From the human T2T-CHM13v2.0 reference genome, Homo sapiens, in assembly GCF_009914755.1 (NCBI RefSeq), contig NC_060929.1: a stretch of 64,000 bases of DNA; one strand, 5' to 3'. Below are positions 15,701 to 31,617 of this stretch, one piece after another. The position numbers were made by a program, and so were the translations under genes. Numbering within the stretch: the stretch's first letter is position 1; each line of letters begins with the position of its first letter. The notes under the pieces are model-generated. The model saw nothing but the letters and a program-made list of their open reading frames with translations, was not told the origin of the DNA and did no database searches.

Positions 15701-17123
15701 CTCATTATTTCACAGCCAGCAGCATATTTTACTTGTAGCAGTGCCTAACTTGAAATAATTTTGGAAACCACAATGCTTATGAGGCATGGCTTACTGGGGC
15801 ACCAGCAAGAAAACCTTGCTCTTTATTAACAGACTGGGTGAAAGATTGCTTACATTTGCACCCTGATGTGCACTGCCATTTCAGCTTTTTCCCCCTAACA
15901 ACAACTACTGAACATGGGGATAATTTAACCTGGGTTTCCCCACCACCCCCCACCTCCACCTTGTCAGTTTCAAGGAACCTGGTATAAACATAATTTATGT
16001 AACTCCCCCTCTTCATACTGTAAGGCATTGACCATTGAGTGGCAACAGCAATAACAGTTATTTTCATGGCAAATGTGCTTCAGTGAAATATAGTACATGG
16101 TTGCCTCCACCTCTTTCAAGCCACAGTCTACCCTTAAGAAATTAGCGTCCATGGGTGGCTGTCAACATAGATCAACGTAAGGGGAAAAATATGTTCACTG
16201 AGAAGTTCTTTGGCCTGTGACTATAACACAAGGAACATGGTGATTACAGATGGATTTTTGCCTCTTTAAATGTTTCCATTCTTTTCCTACACTGCCTCCT
16301 CTGTGAGTTCATTTGGCTCATATCTGACTTACTTGACCATAAAAAAAGTGAGTTTAGGTCATTCAATTTGCCTAATAAAATACAACTGGAGTCTCTACCT
16401 TTAGAAGTAAAATGTTTATATATCTCATTTAGCATTGTTTCTTATAAATTTAATGAGATGATTGAATTAACACATTTCTCTAATAGGGAAGATACGGGTT
16501 ATTCTTCTGAGTTCCCATTCAGGCAACAAGATGAAAATACATGGGCACAGACAATTGGGAGAAGGAGAAGGAGAGAGAGACACTACTAGAAGAGGAGGAG
16601 GAGGAAGACATGGACAAGGAAGTAGGTAAGAGTCATGCTTTTTCAATTTGGAATCCAGGACAGAAAGAGCTTGCAGTGTGGGGCATTCAGTGTTTCATGA
16701 ATCATATCCCAGCATAGCTCCTGTGCCTCAGAAGGACCCTGACAATCAGCCAGACCATCTCCTTTCTTGAGGTCCCCTCAAAAATTCATGACAACACACT
16801 GCTTCAAAACCTCAGGAAAAGGCAATCCTGCAATGTTCTTATTTTGGGCCCATAACTAGGTTGTTGAGCCATTTTACTCCAGCACCTAGCACAATGCCCT
16901 GAACAACTGAAAAATCATCTTGAAGTGATGAATAAGTGAGTGCAGAATGTTTCTCTGGGTCTAATCTAAGTAGTTTAGGGGCAGTATGACGTGGTGGTTA
17001 TGAGCCCCAACTCTGAAACCAAATGTGGTCTCAAATCTCAGTTCTGCCACTTCTTTGACCTTGTACTTCATTGCACCTCAGTTACCTTATTTGTAAAATG
17101 AGGATATTAGGATTGTGGTAAAG

Positions 17124-17424
<301 letters not shown>

Positions 17425-18350
17425 TGATTGTGGTAAAGATTAATTAGGTACAATATTCTTAGTATAGTGCATAACACATAGTAAATGCTATTGAAGTGAT
17501 TGCAGGGCCACTGGGTTGCATAGCTCTAAGGAACATTGGTCACATGAAAAGCTATGTGAATGCCACACCCTAGAGTTACGCAGGGTACAACCTGCAAGCT
17601 CAAATAATAGTGCTGGTATTTTGCTAGCATTATTATTACATTCTGCTTAGGCCTATTTTTTCTTTTTCCTTTTTGTCCCAATATCCACAACTTATGTAGA
17701 AAAAACATGAATATGTGTTGTCTGAAGTGCAAAATAAGAAAGAATTTTTACGCATGAGAAAACCAAAGCATTTTCTGTACTGTGTCTTCTTAGACATTTT
17801 CCTTAACCAAGACAAGCACGAGGAAAAGCCAGAGAATGAGAGTGTATTCATTCAAGTAGCTGACCACACACTTAGTCCAGAACCCAATCAGTCTCTTGAG
17901 GTAAACAGCCCGCATGCTTGTCAGCCTGAACACTGGTCTGTGATAGCCTAGAGGAAATGCACAGTGTAGAGAGAGGTACAAAAATGGCTGCCCAGAAGTA
18001 TGTCTAGTGGAATGTCCAGATTCCATCTCCAGAAACCGAGAACCTCTAATCACGTAAACCAAAGAAGAGAAACCAGGCACAGTGCCATTCCCTTCTGTTG
18101 GAGCATGGAGTTTTCCTTGTCAGAAACACACAAGGATAACTGCCTTGAAGGCATAGAGGAATCAGCTCCCATCCCCATGAGTTCTAGCTGCTTCTTTTCT
18201 CTCAATCCTCACCTCAGTGTCCTTGCATGGTTTATGAGTACAGCTTCACAAACAGAAACACACACACACACACAGGAACCAAGTTAACTTTACAAACTCA
18301 AATGACTTCTTCTCATACAGAATTTCTGCCTCCAAGAAAGAAGCCTTTAG

Positions 18351-18791
<441 letters not shown>

Positions 18792-19000
18792 TAGAACTCA
18801 TTTCTTAACTTCCATTCCTAGATCTTAAAAGTAAATAATTGGCCTCCCTGTTAAAATTATTATATGAAGATGGCTGGAGAGATAAGGATTATAATCCCTA
18901 GGGCCTGCAAAGAAAAAAAGGAGAACAGCAGCAGTTTCTTTCATCCCCCACCACACTACCATCCTTTGCCCCCTCCCCGCCGAAATACTTGCTGCACTTT

Positions 19001-19316
19001 GGCTGGGCACGGTGGCTCACACCTGTAATCCCAGCACTTTGGGAGGCCAAGGCAGGTGGATCACCTGAGGTCAGGAGTTAGAGACCAGCCTGGCCAACAT
19101 GGCGAAACCCCGCCTCTATTAAAAATACAAAAATTAACCAGGCATGGTGGGGGGCGCCTGTAATTCCAGCTACTCATGAGGCTGAGGCAGGAGAATCACT
19201 TGAACCCCGGGGGTGGAGTTTGCCATGAGCCAAGATTTCGCTGCTTCACTCCAGCCTGGGAGAAAGAGCGAGACTTGAGACTCTGTCTCAAAAAAAAAAA
19301 GAAAGAAAGAAAGAAA
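19001..19316 (+). mobile_element. AluSx-like with TSD
   Basis: TSD gaaatacttgctgcacttt 18982-19000 / gaaatatttgctgcatttt 19317-19335. Confidence 0.93.
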
Positions 19317-19424
19317 GAAATATTTGCTGCATTTTAAGCACAGAGTTAAAACCAAATATTAACTTTTGGATTGATCTCAGGTTGCCATTGCCTTGTCTGA
19401 CGTCAAAAAAAATAAGCAAAAGAG

Positions 19425-19827
<403 letters not shown>

Positions 19828-20197
19828 TCAGTATATACGGATTGCTTTCTGTAACAAATAATAGAAAATACCACAAAAAATCAGCTCTTCAGGGTGGATG
19901 TACCAATGTCCACCAGAAATTTCTTTTTTTGTGTGACAGAGTCTTGTTCTGTTGCCCAGGCTGGAGCCACCAAGACCAACCTCACCAGAAACTTTCTCTC
20001 TCCCTAGTCTGCACCCTTGGCATACCTTTATGAACAGGGCCCTGCAGTGGCTGGTGCGCCTCCAGAAATCACATCCATGTTCCAGGCAAAAATGAGGCAA
20101 TTAGGCCTAAAGACTTCTCCTTGAAGGGCTTTGTCTTTTTGTTGGTGAAAAGAAGCCAGTCTCAGTAGACTTCTGTCTACATCTCATTGGCAGGACT

Positions 20198-20368
20198 CTA
20201 TAAAACCATCAGATCTCATGAGACTTATTCACTACCACAAAAACAGTATAGGGGAAACTGCTCTTATGATTCATTTATCTCCCACCGGGTCCCTTTCACA
20301 ACACATGGGAATTATGGGAGCCACAATTCAAGATGAGATGTGGGTGGGGACACAGCCAAACTATATCA
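20198..20368 (-). mobile_element. THE1 LTR fragment abutting an older MLT1-like fragment (about 19830-20197)
   Basis: ataaaaccatcagatctcatgagacttattcactacca...gggacacagccaaactatatca. Confidence 0.8.
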
Positions 20369-21288
20369 TTAAGGAACTTAGAATTAGCTGGTGTCAAAGC
20401 TACACAGAAGAATGCAAAATCATTTAGGATACTGCTCAGACTTCACAGTTGTAAAGAGACATATAACAATTCATTGCAGAATTCTTTGTCATCGTAAAAA
20501 AATGAAAGCAACCTAAATATCTACCAAAATTAGAATGGAAAATAAATTTTGTAACAGCTGTATCATAAAGTACCAAGCAACAGTTTAAAATAATTAAGTT
20601 TATTATATGTACTAACACGGAAAACTCCTCAAGACATATTAAGTGAAAAACAAGCTATAGTATAACAGCCATTTCACACCAGTTATATTAAAGATATCTC
20701 AAAATATTCTATATTTTACCAGGAATTATATATGTACAGATAATGATCTGGGAGGATGTACGCTAAGCAGATAGTAGTGTAAACATCATCTAGGAAGGAG
20801 ACCTAGTTTCTAGGTGCTAGTCAAAAAGGATTGTATCTATATCATCAGAGTTTTAATTTTTACCTTAAGAATGTATTCATTTCCTGCTTGTGTAATAAAA
20901 AATTAACTGTAAATATTTTAATACCTTTAAAGTAAAATATAAAGGACATTGACATACTCGTTGAATTTTTATACCTACAATAGAATGAACAAGAATAATA
21001 AATGACTATTAAGAGAGTTATGCAATATTCTTAAATTATCCTAAAATACTGTTTCATAAAAATTACTGCCATAGGTTTCACTTTCATATTTTATCAATTT
21101 ATTAATATTTTCTAAAAGAATATTTTAGACTATATTAGGTAGAATATTTTAGAATATATTAGAAATATTTAGGTATTTAGAAATACCTAAAATGTCTCTG
21201 GCCACAGGAAAGCATTAGTACTATGGACACATTTTTGTAGTAGCATGAAATAAGTAGGGGCATTTCCAGGTTTAAGAAATAGCAATGG

Positions 21289-21636
<348 letters not shown>

Positions 21637-24159
21637 TCAGTGTGAGTCATGAAATTTTACTTAGTTTACATAGGTCCTTACATTGTGGCAAGAATATATT
21701 AAAATAAGGTTTTAATGGAACATTTCAAAGCTATTTGATTTCCTTTCTTTTTATAATCAAGAGCACAACTGCAAGTCCCTTTTTCCCGTATAACAAAAAT
21801 ATTTCTGACTCAAAAATTCTGTGAGAATTTCTGCTCACTCTGTACCATTTCTTAAATATGAGTTTTACCTACACTCTTTTCTATATGAGATCATCTTGAT
21901 TTCAGCTTAAAGGAGGTTTATTTAAAATGCTGAGACAGTAATTTCCATGAATTACCTGTCACTATGGGGAACATGGAGATGGGAGACTAGATCAAGCCTG
22001 TTGAGATTCAAACTTGTTCTTCCAGGAAAATCAGATCTGAACTTAACAATTATACACATGAATAGATGGGAGCAGCCAAAAGTCATTTCTATTTAATGCA
22101 GAAGGCATTAGAAAACTTATGAAGTAAATTTGCCTCCTTAATTATGTTTGTTGACACTGACTCTGAAATGAGTGTGGTTTGCATTCCTGAGCATATATGG
22201 ACTGATTTCAGAGAAGGTGCTCAGAAGTGAGACAGGAGTACACATGGTTTTAATAATGACTATGCATATCCTGCAAAGTACGTAATCCACATAAGGATAA
22301 TAAAAGACCTTTTAGTTCACTCAATTATCTAGTTAGAAAACTATAAACTCTAGCCAGGCTTCCTTTGTCCACTTAGCACACTTCTCGGGGCCCCCTTCCA
22401 GGTCAGTGAGTTTAGGCTCCAGGAATACACACTCATTGTTATCCCAGGTAAAACATCTTTTACAATCAATGAATCGTTAAACACAGTGAAGATCACTCGC
22501 GTTGTTAATACTTTTCTGCAGGATGTTCTTACACAAGCCCCAGGAAGACAGGCAAGCGAGAGTTCAGTCCGTGTGAGTTAAGGACAATCATGAATCCTCA
22601 GAACCAAACATTCCAGCCATCTTGTCCCTCCTGGCTTCATTTTGGTCCTTTCTCCCTCTGCTTCCATCCATCACTGAAGTATTTCCCACAAGGATCCAGG
22701 TCAATTCCAGCTCTCCTAGGACATGACACATTGGTATCTTAAGGGAATGATCTTCTCCTAAAGATTTTTTAAAGCTAAAAAAGAACAAAACTAAACACAT
22801 CAAGAAACCATATTTTCCTTTCAACTTTAACTCAACTTCAGATTATTCACCAAGGCTCAAACTCAAATCAAGTTATATGTGGTTAGAGCTGGAAAAGAAC
22901 CTGACAATCATCTAGTTCAAAACATTCATTTTCAGGTAGGGAATGGAGTCCAGAGAGAACAAGCAATTTGCCTAAGTGCACTCTGTGAGTTGATGGCCCA
23001 GTTTAGACTAGAATCTTGGTCACCTTGAGCCAAGGCCTCAAGAATTTCATGGACACCCTGATAAAAAAAATAAAATTAGGAAGTTATACCTTCTTCAGCA
23101 AATATTATATATTTCAATATAAACCCTAAGACAATTAGCTTGAGAGCTATGTCTGCTTGGGATTTTTCTTTACTTCAACTCTTTGCCCACCTCTCATATC
23201 CCTTTAGTGAAGATATTTGTGAATGATAATATTTCAAACTTTCTTTCCTAATCATAAACATCTATTTATCTGGATAACCTAGTCTCTTATTTTTACATTA
23301 TATTTGAATTGAGTGTGTGAATATTTGCAAAAGTAATATTTCTTGGACTATTTTTTTGGGCCTCTTTAGATGTCCTGCTGTGTGAACTATTTGAACTAGA
23401 ATATGATCATAAGTAATGGGACTCTTTCCACTGATAATATGGTTTCCATTAGAGCATAGTCTCCAGTTAAAGTTGAAAACTTTATTAGTTGAGTTACTAT
23501 TGAATGATAAAAAATACTTTGCATTTACACAAAGAAAAACATATTGGAGTCCGGTTAGTTTGACAAAAGTGTGATATTTGCAGAGAAAGCCAAGGATTAT
23601 CCACGCAAAAGGCCAAGTTAAATAAGACACAATTAGATCTCATTTGGCCTCCTACCTCTCAGGATTCATAAACTCACATTTTTGCAAACTTGGGGAAATA
23701 AATTTCATCTTAATTGTATCTTATTTCTCTTGGCTCATCTACATTATTCACACTCTTCTGACAGGAGCTTTCAGCAAATATCACATTTTCCTGCATCTTG
23801 CTGACCTTTTTTTCAAACTGGCTTTTCCTTTTCCTTATTAAATGTTTTTGAACAGATATCATATTTTATTTTGTTTAGAAAGGTAAAATAAAGGGTGAGA
23901 ATTTATTCATCTACATGTCCGTGAGAAGAAAATAGACATCAACAACAGAATTTTTAGAAAAACATACTCCCAACCACTTAGTGGCAAAGATGCAGACTTT
24001 GCCACTAAGAATGTACACGGCTAATAAACCTATGCTGTCCCACTCTGTGGTGTGATATCAAAGGAGGTTGAAAAAATTCAGAGAAAGGAATCAAAAGCAT
24101 CGAGACTTTTCTTTACACAATGAAAAAATTTGGACCAAAGGTTTAAAGTTCAAAGGTGC

Positions 24160-24546
24160 TATATTAATCTGTTTTCACACTGCTATAAAAAACTGCCAGA
24201 GACTGGGTAATTTATAAAGGAAAGAGGCTTAATCGACTCACAGGTCAGGATGGCTTGGAAAGGCCTCAGGAAACTTACAATCATGGCAGAAGGCAAAGGG
24301 GAAGCAAGCACCTTCCTCACAAGGTGGCAGGAAAGAGAATGAATGCAGAAGGAACTAACTACCAAATAGTTATAAAAAACACTGGATCTCATAAGAACTC
24401 ACTATCATGAGAACAGCAAGGGGTAAACTGCTCCCATGATTCAGTTACCTCCACCTGTTTCTCCCTGGACACGTGGGAATTGTGGGGATTATAAGGATTA
24501 TAATTCAGGATGAGATTTTGGGCGGAGACACAGCCAAATCATATCA
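24160..24546 (-). mobile_element. THE1/MSTA solo LTR with 5-bp TSD
   Basis: gagactgggtaatttataaaggaaagagg...ggcctcaggaaacttacaatcatggcagaagg...cagccaaatcatatca; TSD ggtgc 24155-24159 / 24547-24551. Confidence 0.92.
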
Positions 24547-25222
24547 GGTGCTGAATGTCAACTGACCTGAAGTAATACAACACATTACTACACTTCAAGA
24601 GGACTTGAAGTTGCCAGGAATCCCCTCCAGGATGCCTTACCCTCCTAGCCATTGTCTCCACATCAGTCCCCAACTCTGCTGCCTCTTATCTATTTTTTCT
24701 GCTCTTAAGTTGCCAAGACGATCATGAGAAAGACACAAAGTGTGTTGATGGGGCCTACTGCAGGCTCATTCTACTCTGCTGTTGGGTAGAAGATACTCCC
24801 GGGTTCTGGCGACAGGCAGGCCCTCATCTCCAGCCTCTTACAGGCTGCCTCTGGCCATCTCATCCATCCTCACAGCCTCAAGTGTCTTCTCTTGGTGCCT
24901 TATGCCACAGCTGCCTGTGCTGGGCTGGAAAGTCCCCTGAGTGTCATAACCTCTAAATTTGAGTATGAGTTCCACCACTTACCAGCTGAGTAACCATGAG
25001 CAAATTACTTAAATTCTCTGCTTGTCACTTTCCTCCTCAGTTAAATCAGGGTAATAATCTTTATTATGCAAGGCTAATAGGAAACAATGTATATATAGTA
25101 TACATAGTTTGGTGTCTAGGACATAGTAGAAGAAGAAGAAAAACTTCCACATGACTTAGCCATTTTTTTCCCCTGCTTTCTGTTTGACACCTTAATGCAT
25201 TTCTCACAGAAGCTACTCCAGA

Positions 25223-25368
25223 GCTAGGCATGGTGGCGCGCACCTATAACCCCAGCTCCCCAGAAGGCTGAGACCAGAGGATCACGTAAGCCCAGGAGTT
25301 CAAATCCAGCCTGGGCAACATAGTGAGACACCTTCTCTAGAAATAAAAATATTATTAAAAATTTTTAA
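25223..25368 (+). mobile_element. FLAM (Alu monomer) with TSD
   Basis: Single monomer; TSD agaagctactccaga 25208-25222 / agaagctactgcaga 25369-25383. Confidence 0.85.
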
Positions 25369-25849
25369 AGAAGCTACTGCAGAAAGCTTTTATAGCCTTA
25401 AGATTCTCAGTTTTCTCACTCTCAACCCATTTGATCAGTAAACATTGAGATCAGCCATCTCATGCGTGGTTCCTAGCCTCCTCCCTCTTCTGCTGTCCCG
25501 ACACCCTCCTCAAAGCCCAGATCTGCTCAGCACCTTCACTCAAATGTGTCCTTGTAGCTGTCTCAGAGTGAGAGGCATCTTCACACCATACCCAGGCTTA
25601 CTTCCTTCCTTGGTCTTGTCTCATGCCTGATGTTTCTATCATATCTTCTTTTATTTATCTCTTGTGTGTTAGTAAGTTAATGAATATTTATTAATGTAGG
25701 TTTTGTTCCCACCCCACCAGTTCCTTCTCCACTCTCTACAGTTCTTCAAGTATTCTTATTCTAAAATACATCTCTGGGTTCTTCTCTCCTCTTGAGCTAG
25801 TACTCTGATCTTTTGCCACCAGGTCCACACACACTGCAGCAGCAGATAG

Positions 25850-26045
25850 GGTTCAGGAATCAGGCTTCCCTTTCCCTTTGCCAGCTGTGTGTCCTTGGAC
25901 AAATCACTGAACCTGTCTGTGCCTCAGCTTTTTCATCTGTAACATAGGCGGGAGGGAATAGGTTTGTTTTTATGACTAAATTAGTTAATTCATCCAAGCA
26001 CCTAAAACAATGCTTACTCAGTTCATAATAAGTGTTCAATAAATG
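25850..26045 (+). mobile_element. MIR (orientation uncertain)
   Basis: agctgtgtgtccttggacaaatcactgaacctgtctgtgcctcagc...taagtgttcaataaatg. Confidence 0.7.
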
Positions 26046-27150
26046 TGGTTCTCCTTGCCCACTGCTTATACCCGCTGCCTTCTTGCCACTCCTCCTCCAT
26101 CCCCAGTGGCTGGCGACTCATTTCTTAAGGATTCTGATGGCTTCATAATCTCAAAATGAAACATCATTTCCCACTTTCCCCTCTCATTCTTCTTAACCTT
26201 TGTGCAGCTTTGACAAAGCTAACATCCCTCCTACTGGAACATCCATTGTCTTGGGACAAGGAAGGAAGTAACTGGTATGTTTTTCCTATGACCCTCTCCT
26301 ATCCAGGCCATGAGAGTTGACACTAGCACTGCTCCAAGGGGGCAAGAGGGAAGTTTCAAGAAGGAACTAGAAACAGACACGAATTTGGGTCTTTTAGTCA
26401 AAAGTCTTCGCAGAAAGTTTGTGTGATTCTTCACCCCTTGCCTCAATTTGGTCCTCAGAGTTGAAAGGAAATCCAGAGGGAAATGCAAGATAGTTAAGTA
26501 TGGGAGCCCTTTGGAAGGAGGTATGGAACCCATCAAGGCTGAATATGCAAAGAGCAGTGAACTGGAAATGAAGCCATCACAGGATGACACAGGCCCCCAA
26601 CAAAATTTTTTATGGCCCCAGAGTGTCACAGTAAAGCAACAGGAAGTTTCCCAGCTCCTCATTCCGCTTTCCCCAGAGGGATAAGGAAATACTGAGAGTA
26701 AGGCCAGAAAATCCCCAGGGGTCTCATGGGCATGCTGAAAGGACTCCGCTGTGGAGGGCAGCATAGACCATGGGACTAGAAACCCTCTGGGATCAAAAAC
26801 ATCTCAGAGGATGCTAGTGAGGATGGAAGCCAGCTACAAAAACCCATGACCATGGTGCCAGTGTGAAACCCTACCAGGCCAGCCCCACATCTCTCCCAAT
26901 GGCCCATAAGCTACATGCCACACAGAAGAAAAAATGATAGGCAAAACAAAGCCCCACCTAGACTGTCAGCTCCCTGAGGACAGAGCCCATCCTACTGCTC
27001 TTTATCTAGCTTAGTGCTTTACAGATACAGATCGATAAATTTCAACTGAATTTATTGATTACCTTGTTTCCTTTTCTGTCACCCTGAAATGGCACAAAAA
27101 TCATCCCTCCATCTTTTTTTCCTTGTCTCTTCTTAAATAATGTTTTTAAA

Positions 27151-27198
27151 TTCTGAATAGATGAGGTTCTGAATAGATGAGGTTCTGAATAGATGAGG
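27151..27198 (+). repeat. Perfect 3 x 16-bp tandem repeat (ttctgaatagatgagg)
   Basis: Units at 27151, 27167 and 27183, no mismatches. Confidence 0.97.
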
Positions 27199-27284
27199 AA
27201 AGGCTATGAGAGAACAAATTTAAGCATCAGTACAGGACAGCTAGAAACTAAGTGGCTCTGGAATGTTCAGTAAATAAGTAGCTT

Positions 27285-27303
27285 GAGCCACTAGAGGGAG
27301 TGT
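27285..27303 (+). promoter_or_regulatory. Candidate CTCF-binding motif
   Basis: ccactagagggag (27288-27300) matches core CCASYAGRKGGCR at 12/13 positions; motif only, no binding data. Confidence 0.4.
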
Positions 27304-28669
27304 GTACAGGAATGAATGAAATGAGATACAAACTGTGCTATAACATTTAATTGATAACCATAAATCTACGACCAGGAAAGATTCTTCTTTAAAAAAAAAA
27401 AGTAAATACTTTTAAAAGATAGGCTGTATGGAATATGTCAAATCAAGCTATTTCTCACCAAACAAAAGCAAAATTTAAACACTAGTTTATGCTGTGAACT
27501 TTTAAAAATATTAAATGTAGGCATTTGCAGTTCTGTGCCATTCAGTCCTAAATGGCAACTTAGTGTATGCTAACCAAATTAACAGCTCAATCTTACTGTT
27601 GTATTTTAGACTTTTCAATAAAAAAAATCATACATTAAATGTATCTCATTCCTCATTTCAAAACTTCAGGAGAAACTTTAGTGAGTCAGCATTTTACGCT
27701 TGAAGAAAAAGAGACCCAGAGTAGTTCATCAAATTATCCAAAGTCTTATAACTAGCTAGCAGATGAACTTATATCAAAAACTTTAGGCCTATATGGATAG
27801 AAAAGCATTTAAACAATCCACAAAGGGAGTCACTCGGTAGATTCCCTTTGTAAGACTCCTACCTTTGTGGTGTTCGTTCTTGAGAAGAAATAGTCATTCT
27901 TTAGTGTTTTTTCAGATCAAAATGGCTCCACACCAACCTGGCCAGGGTTCTCAAGGTTACAGAAATTTTGATTCATTTATACAGCTATTGCCCCAGGTAT
28001 ACATGAGCTCCCAGGAGGACTGGGAAGGTCAGGTTCTACCACCATCCCCCTTTGTTTTCTTCTTAATTCTGGCCTCAGGCATTGCTTCTGCCAATTTTAA
28101 GCATCTAGTCAGTTTATTCCACTGGCTTTGTTACCTTTCCTTACAACTGGGCTTTGGTCTGAGCTACCTCAGTCCATCCCAACAGATTTCCCTAACTTGA
28201 GTCTCAGGAAAAAAAGTTGGGGCCTTGATAACTCCCCTGTCAGAGAATGTCTGGAACTCTTAGCAAAGCAGTACACTCACTCCACATGCTCTGCATTCTG
28301 GAATTGTCAGGATGGAGAGACATCCTAAGACAGAAAAAAATGTGTTGTTACAAACTTTGGGTAGAGCAATGTAAATATCCTGCCTTACTTATAATAAAAA
28401 AGGAAGATTACTCAAATGATTCTGACCTTATGACAAAATTACTTCATATTGACTTGCTTTCTCCACTTACAACATAGCAATGCCAGATACACTATTAGAA
28501 GTCTCAGCTCCCCAGCTGCCCACTGTATGTCGATATGGGATGAACCTAATTTTACGTACCATGACACATACAGAAAAATCTGGGAGTAACAACATCAATA
28601 TTAATAGATAATAGCTGCTCTATTTAGACAGTTGGGCAAGTATTTTCCTCCTAAATAATTGGTACACTT

Positions 28670-29163
28670 ATGTATCTGTTAAAAAAGGGTTTTGGCTGCA
28701 AGTAATAAATACTCAGTAAGGCTGGCTGAAACAAAGAGTGGTTTATTTTTCTCATATAACAAGCAGTTCTTCCAGAGGTTGTTCTGGCTTGGTTCAGTGG
28801 CTCAGGGGTATTATCAAGAATGCAGACTCTATATCTTTCTTCTATTATCCTCAGTACATTAGCTTTTCATCCTTAGGCTTTCCCAGAGGCCCCAAATACC
28901 TCACCCTATGTCTCATTGCCAGAGCAGTGTCACATGGCCACCGCTATCTGCAAGCAAAGGGGAATGGAATGACTATCATTATCTTAGATCCAGGACAAGG
29001 GCAAATGGTTAGGACAATTTTGTTGTATACAATCTGTGTATGTCCTTCCACCTCCAACAGTTGCTATGCATCTCCTGGGGCTGCCCTGAACAAATGATGG
29101 CTCTATAAGTGAGGGGAAAGGAAAGAATAACTATTGGGTAGGCAATTAACAGCACTGGCCACA
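28670..29163 (-). mobile_element. Old MLT1 (K/L-like) LTR
   Basis: ttggctgcaagtaa...ggtttatttttctcatataacaag...gggtaggcaattaacagcactggccaca. Confidence 0.6.
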
Positions 29164-29821
29164 GCTTTCTTCTATAATCTACCCTTTTCATGTTCTGTCA
29201 TAGATGTTCGACATGATTTTTAAATATGCCTAGTAATATGTCATTGATTTCTGTCTCTGATAAGTACAGAAAGTCATCAGTCTCTAGGAAAGAGTCAAAT
29301 CCTTTTTTAAAATGTGTGTGAGCATCCTTCCCCAGAAAAGCAGACTTTTCCTTCCTACTCATTTCTCTATATATTTCTGAAAGTATGCAATTTCAGTGGT
29401 CATCATTTAGTTATATTTGCAATTTTTTTCAATTTTCCTGAACATTAAATCAACCACCTACTCTTTTCTGTGACGAAATCAATGTGTGGATTCTCTGATT
29501 AACTTTGAGATGCTCTTCCCTGCTACACATAAAATTCTGTGGGTACTAAACCAATGAGCCTTTTCCATTCTCCATGATAACATTTATAGTCATTGTCATG
29601 TCAATGGAAAAGAACTTTCTCTGAAGCTTGGTATTTCAGTATAAACAAAACAAGCAACCTCATACACTTCTCCCTTCTTTTATGTCCCTCACATATACTG
29701 AAATAAATTTCACTTAACCATAGAGTGAAATATCCGCTAGCACTCTCCAGACAGTAATTGTTCTTCCATATTATATGCTGCTGATACAATATCCAACCTT
29801 ATCGGTTGACAAAGGGATTCT

Positions 29822-30117
<296 letters not shown>

Positions 30118-30493
30118 TGACAAAGGGATTCTGTCAATTGTTCTTTCTGCTTTACTTCTGATCATAATAATTATCTTTACTATCATAAGTGCATTTAAAA
30201 CTTTAATAGTAGTGTAATTTGTACTTATTTTTCTATAAGGGTTGAAGCTTTCAATAAAGCATTTGTATATCTGCCCTCTTCTTAAACTAGCAATTTTGTC
30301 CTGGAAACATTATTTTACCATTGTTCTTGGAATTTTCTATTGGTATACCAACAAAATCGCTATTTTTCTTGAACTACATCAATGGCTTTATGCCACTATA
30401 TAAAAGTTTCATAATTGACAATGTACCAGGAATTAGGAGCAAATGGACTGCCAGTCTGATTAAATCTAATATTCAAATATTTAAATTTTTTAC

Positions 30494-30799
30494 TTTTTTT
30501 TTTTTTTTTTTTTATGACAGGGTCTCACTCTGTCACCCAGGCTCAGGTTGGAGTGTAGTAGCAGAATCATGACTAACTGTAACCTCAAACTCCTGGGCTC
30601 AAGTATTCCTCCCGCCTCAACCTCTGGAGTAGCTGGGACTACAGGCATACATCACCACACCCAGTTAATTTTTTTTTTTATTTTTTGTAGATATGAGGTT
30701 TCATTATGTTGCCCAGGCTGGTCTCAAACTTCTGGCCTCCAGCAGTCCTCCCAAGTTGGCCTCCCAAAGTGCTGGCATCACAGGCCACTGTATCCAGCC
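30494..30799 (-). mobile_element. AluJ-like
   Basis: Diverged dimer; tttttactt on both flanks. Confidence 0.88.
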
Positions 30800-31200
30800 T
30801 TTTTTTACTTCTGATTCACCCTCTTTTATTCCTACTGCCTGTGTGAAATCATCACAGTTACTAATTTATTTGTCTCAGGCCATGAGTCACATTTTATAGT
30901 GACACAGATGTGGAGCCTTTGTATGGCTGTGTTTGTCACTTTTGATCCATTTATTCATTTTTATGAATTGAACATATGACAATATATAATAACTATAAAA
31001 AGACAAATTCAGCACATGGATAACAAGCACATTGTGTGTAAATATGCCTCACTTGATGAACTGACTAGCACAATTCTTGTCATACATGCACATTTTTAAG
31101 AATATCATACTTATTGAGATACAAAAGATTCCTGTGAAAATGTTAAATTTCAAAATTTACAAAATATATATGAACAAAATTGTTCCATTTTTCCCTCTGA

Positions 31201-31617
<417 letters not shown>

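Noticed and set aside
23298-23630. 110-aa minus-strand ORF in unique sequence
   Set aside because: Composition typical of AT-rich non-coding translation; no homology I can recognise.
24020-24110. Possible CR1/L3 LINE remnant
   Set aside because: Resemblance (gaaaaaattcagagaaagg...aaaag) is too short and diverged to support without an HMM search.
26231-26764. 177-aa minus-strand ORF
   Set aside because: No recognisable domain or family, overlaps L2-like and probable decayed repeat sequence, and has no convincing start or splice context; consistent with a chance ORF.
27151-27198. Short direct repeats (also 34788-35000 and 62282-62334) as CRISPR-like arrays
   Set aside because: No unique spacers between units, no cas genes, and the DNA is clearly primate.
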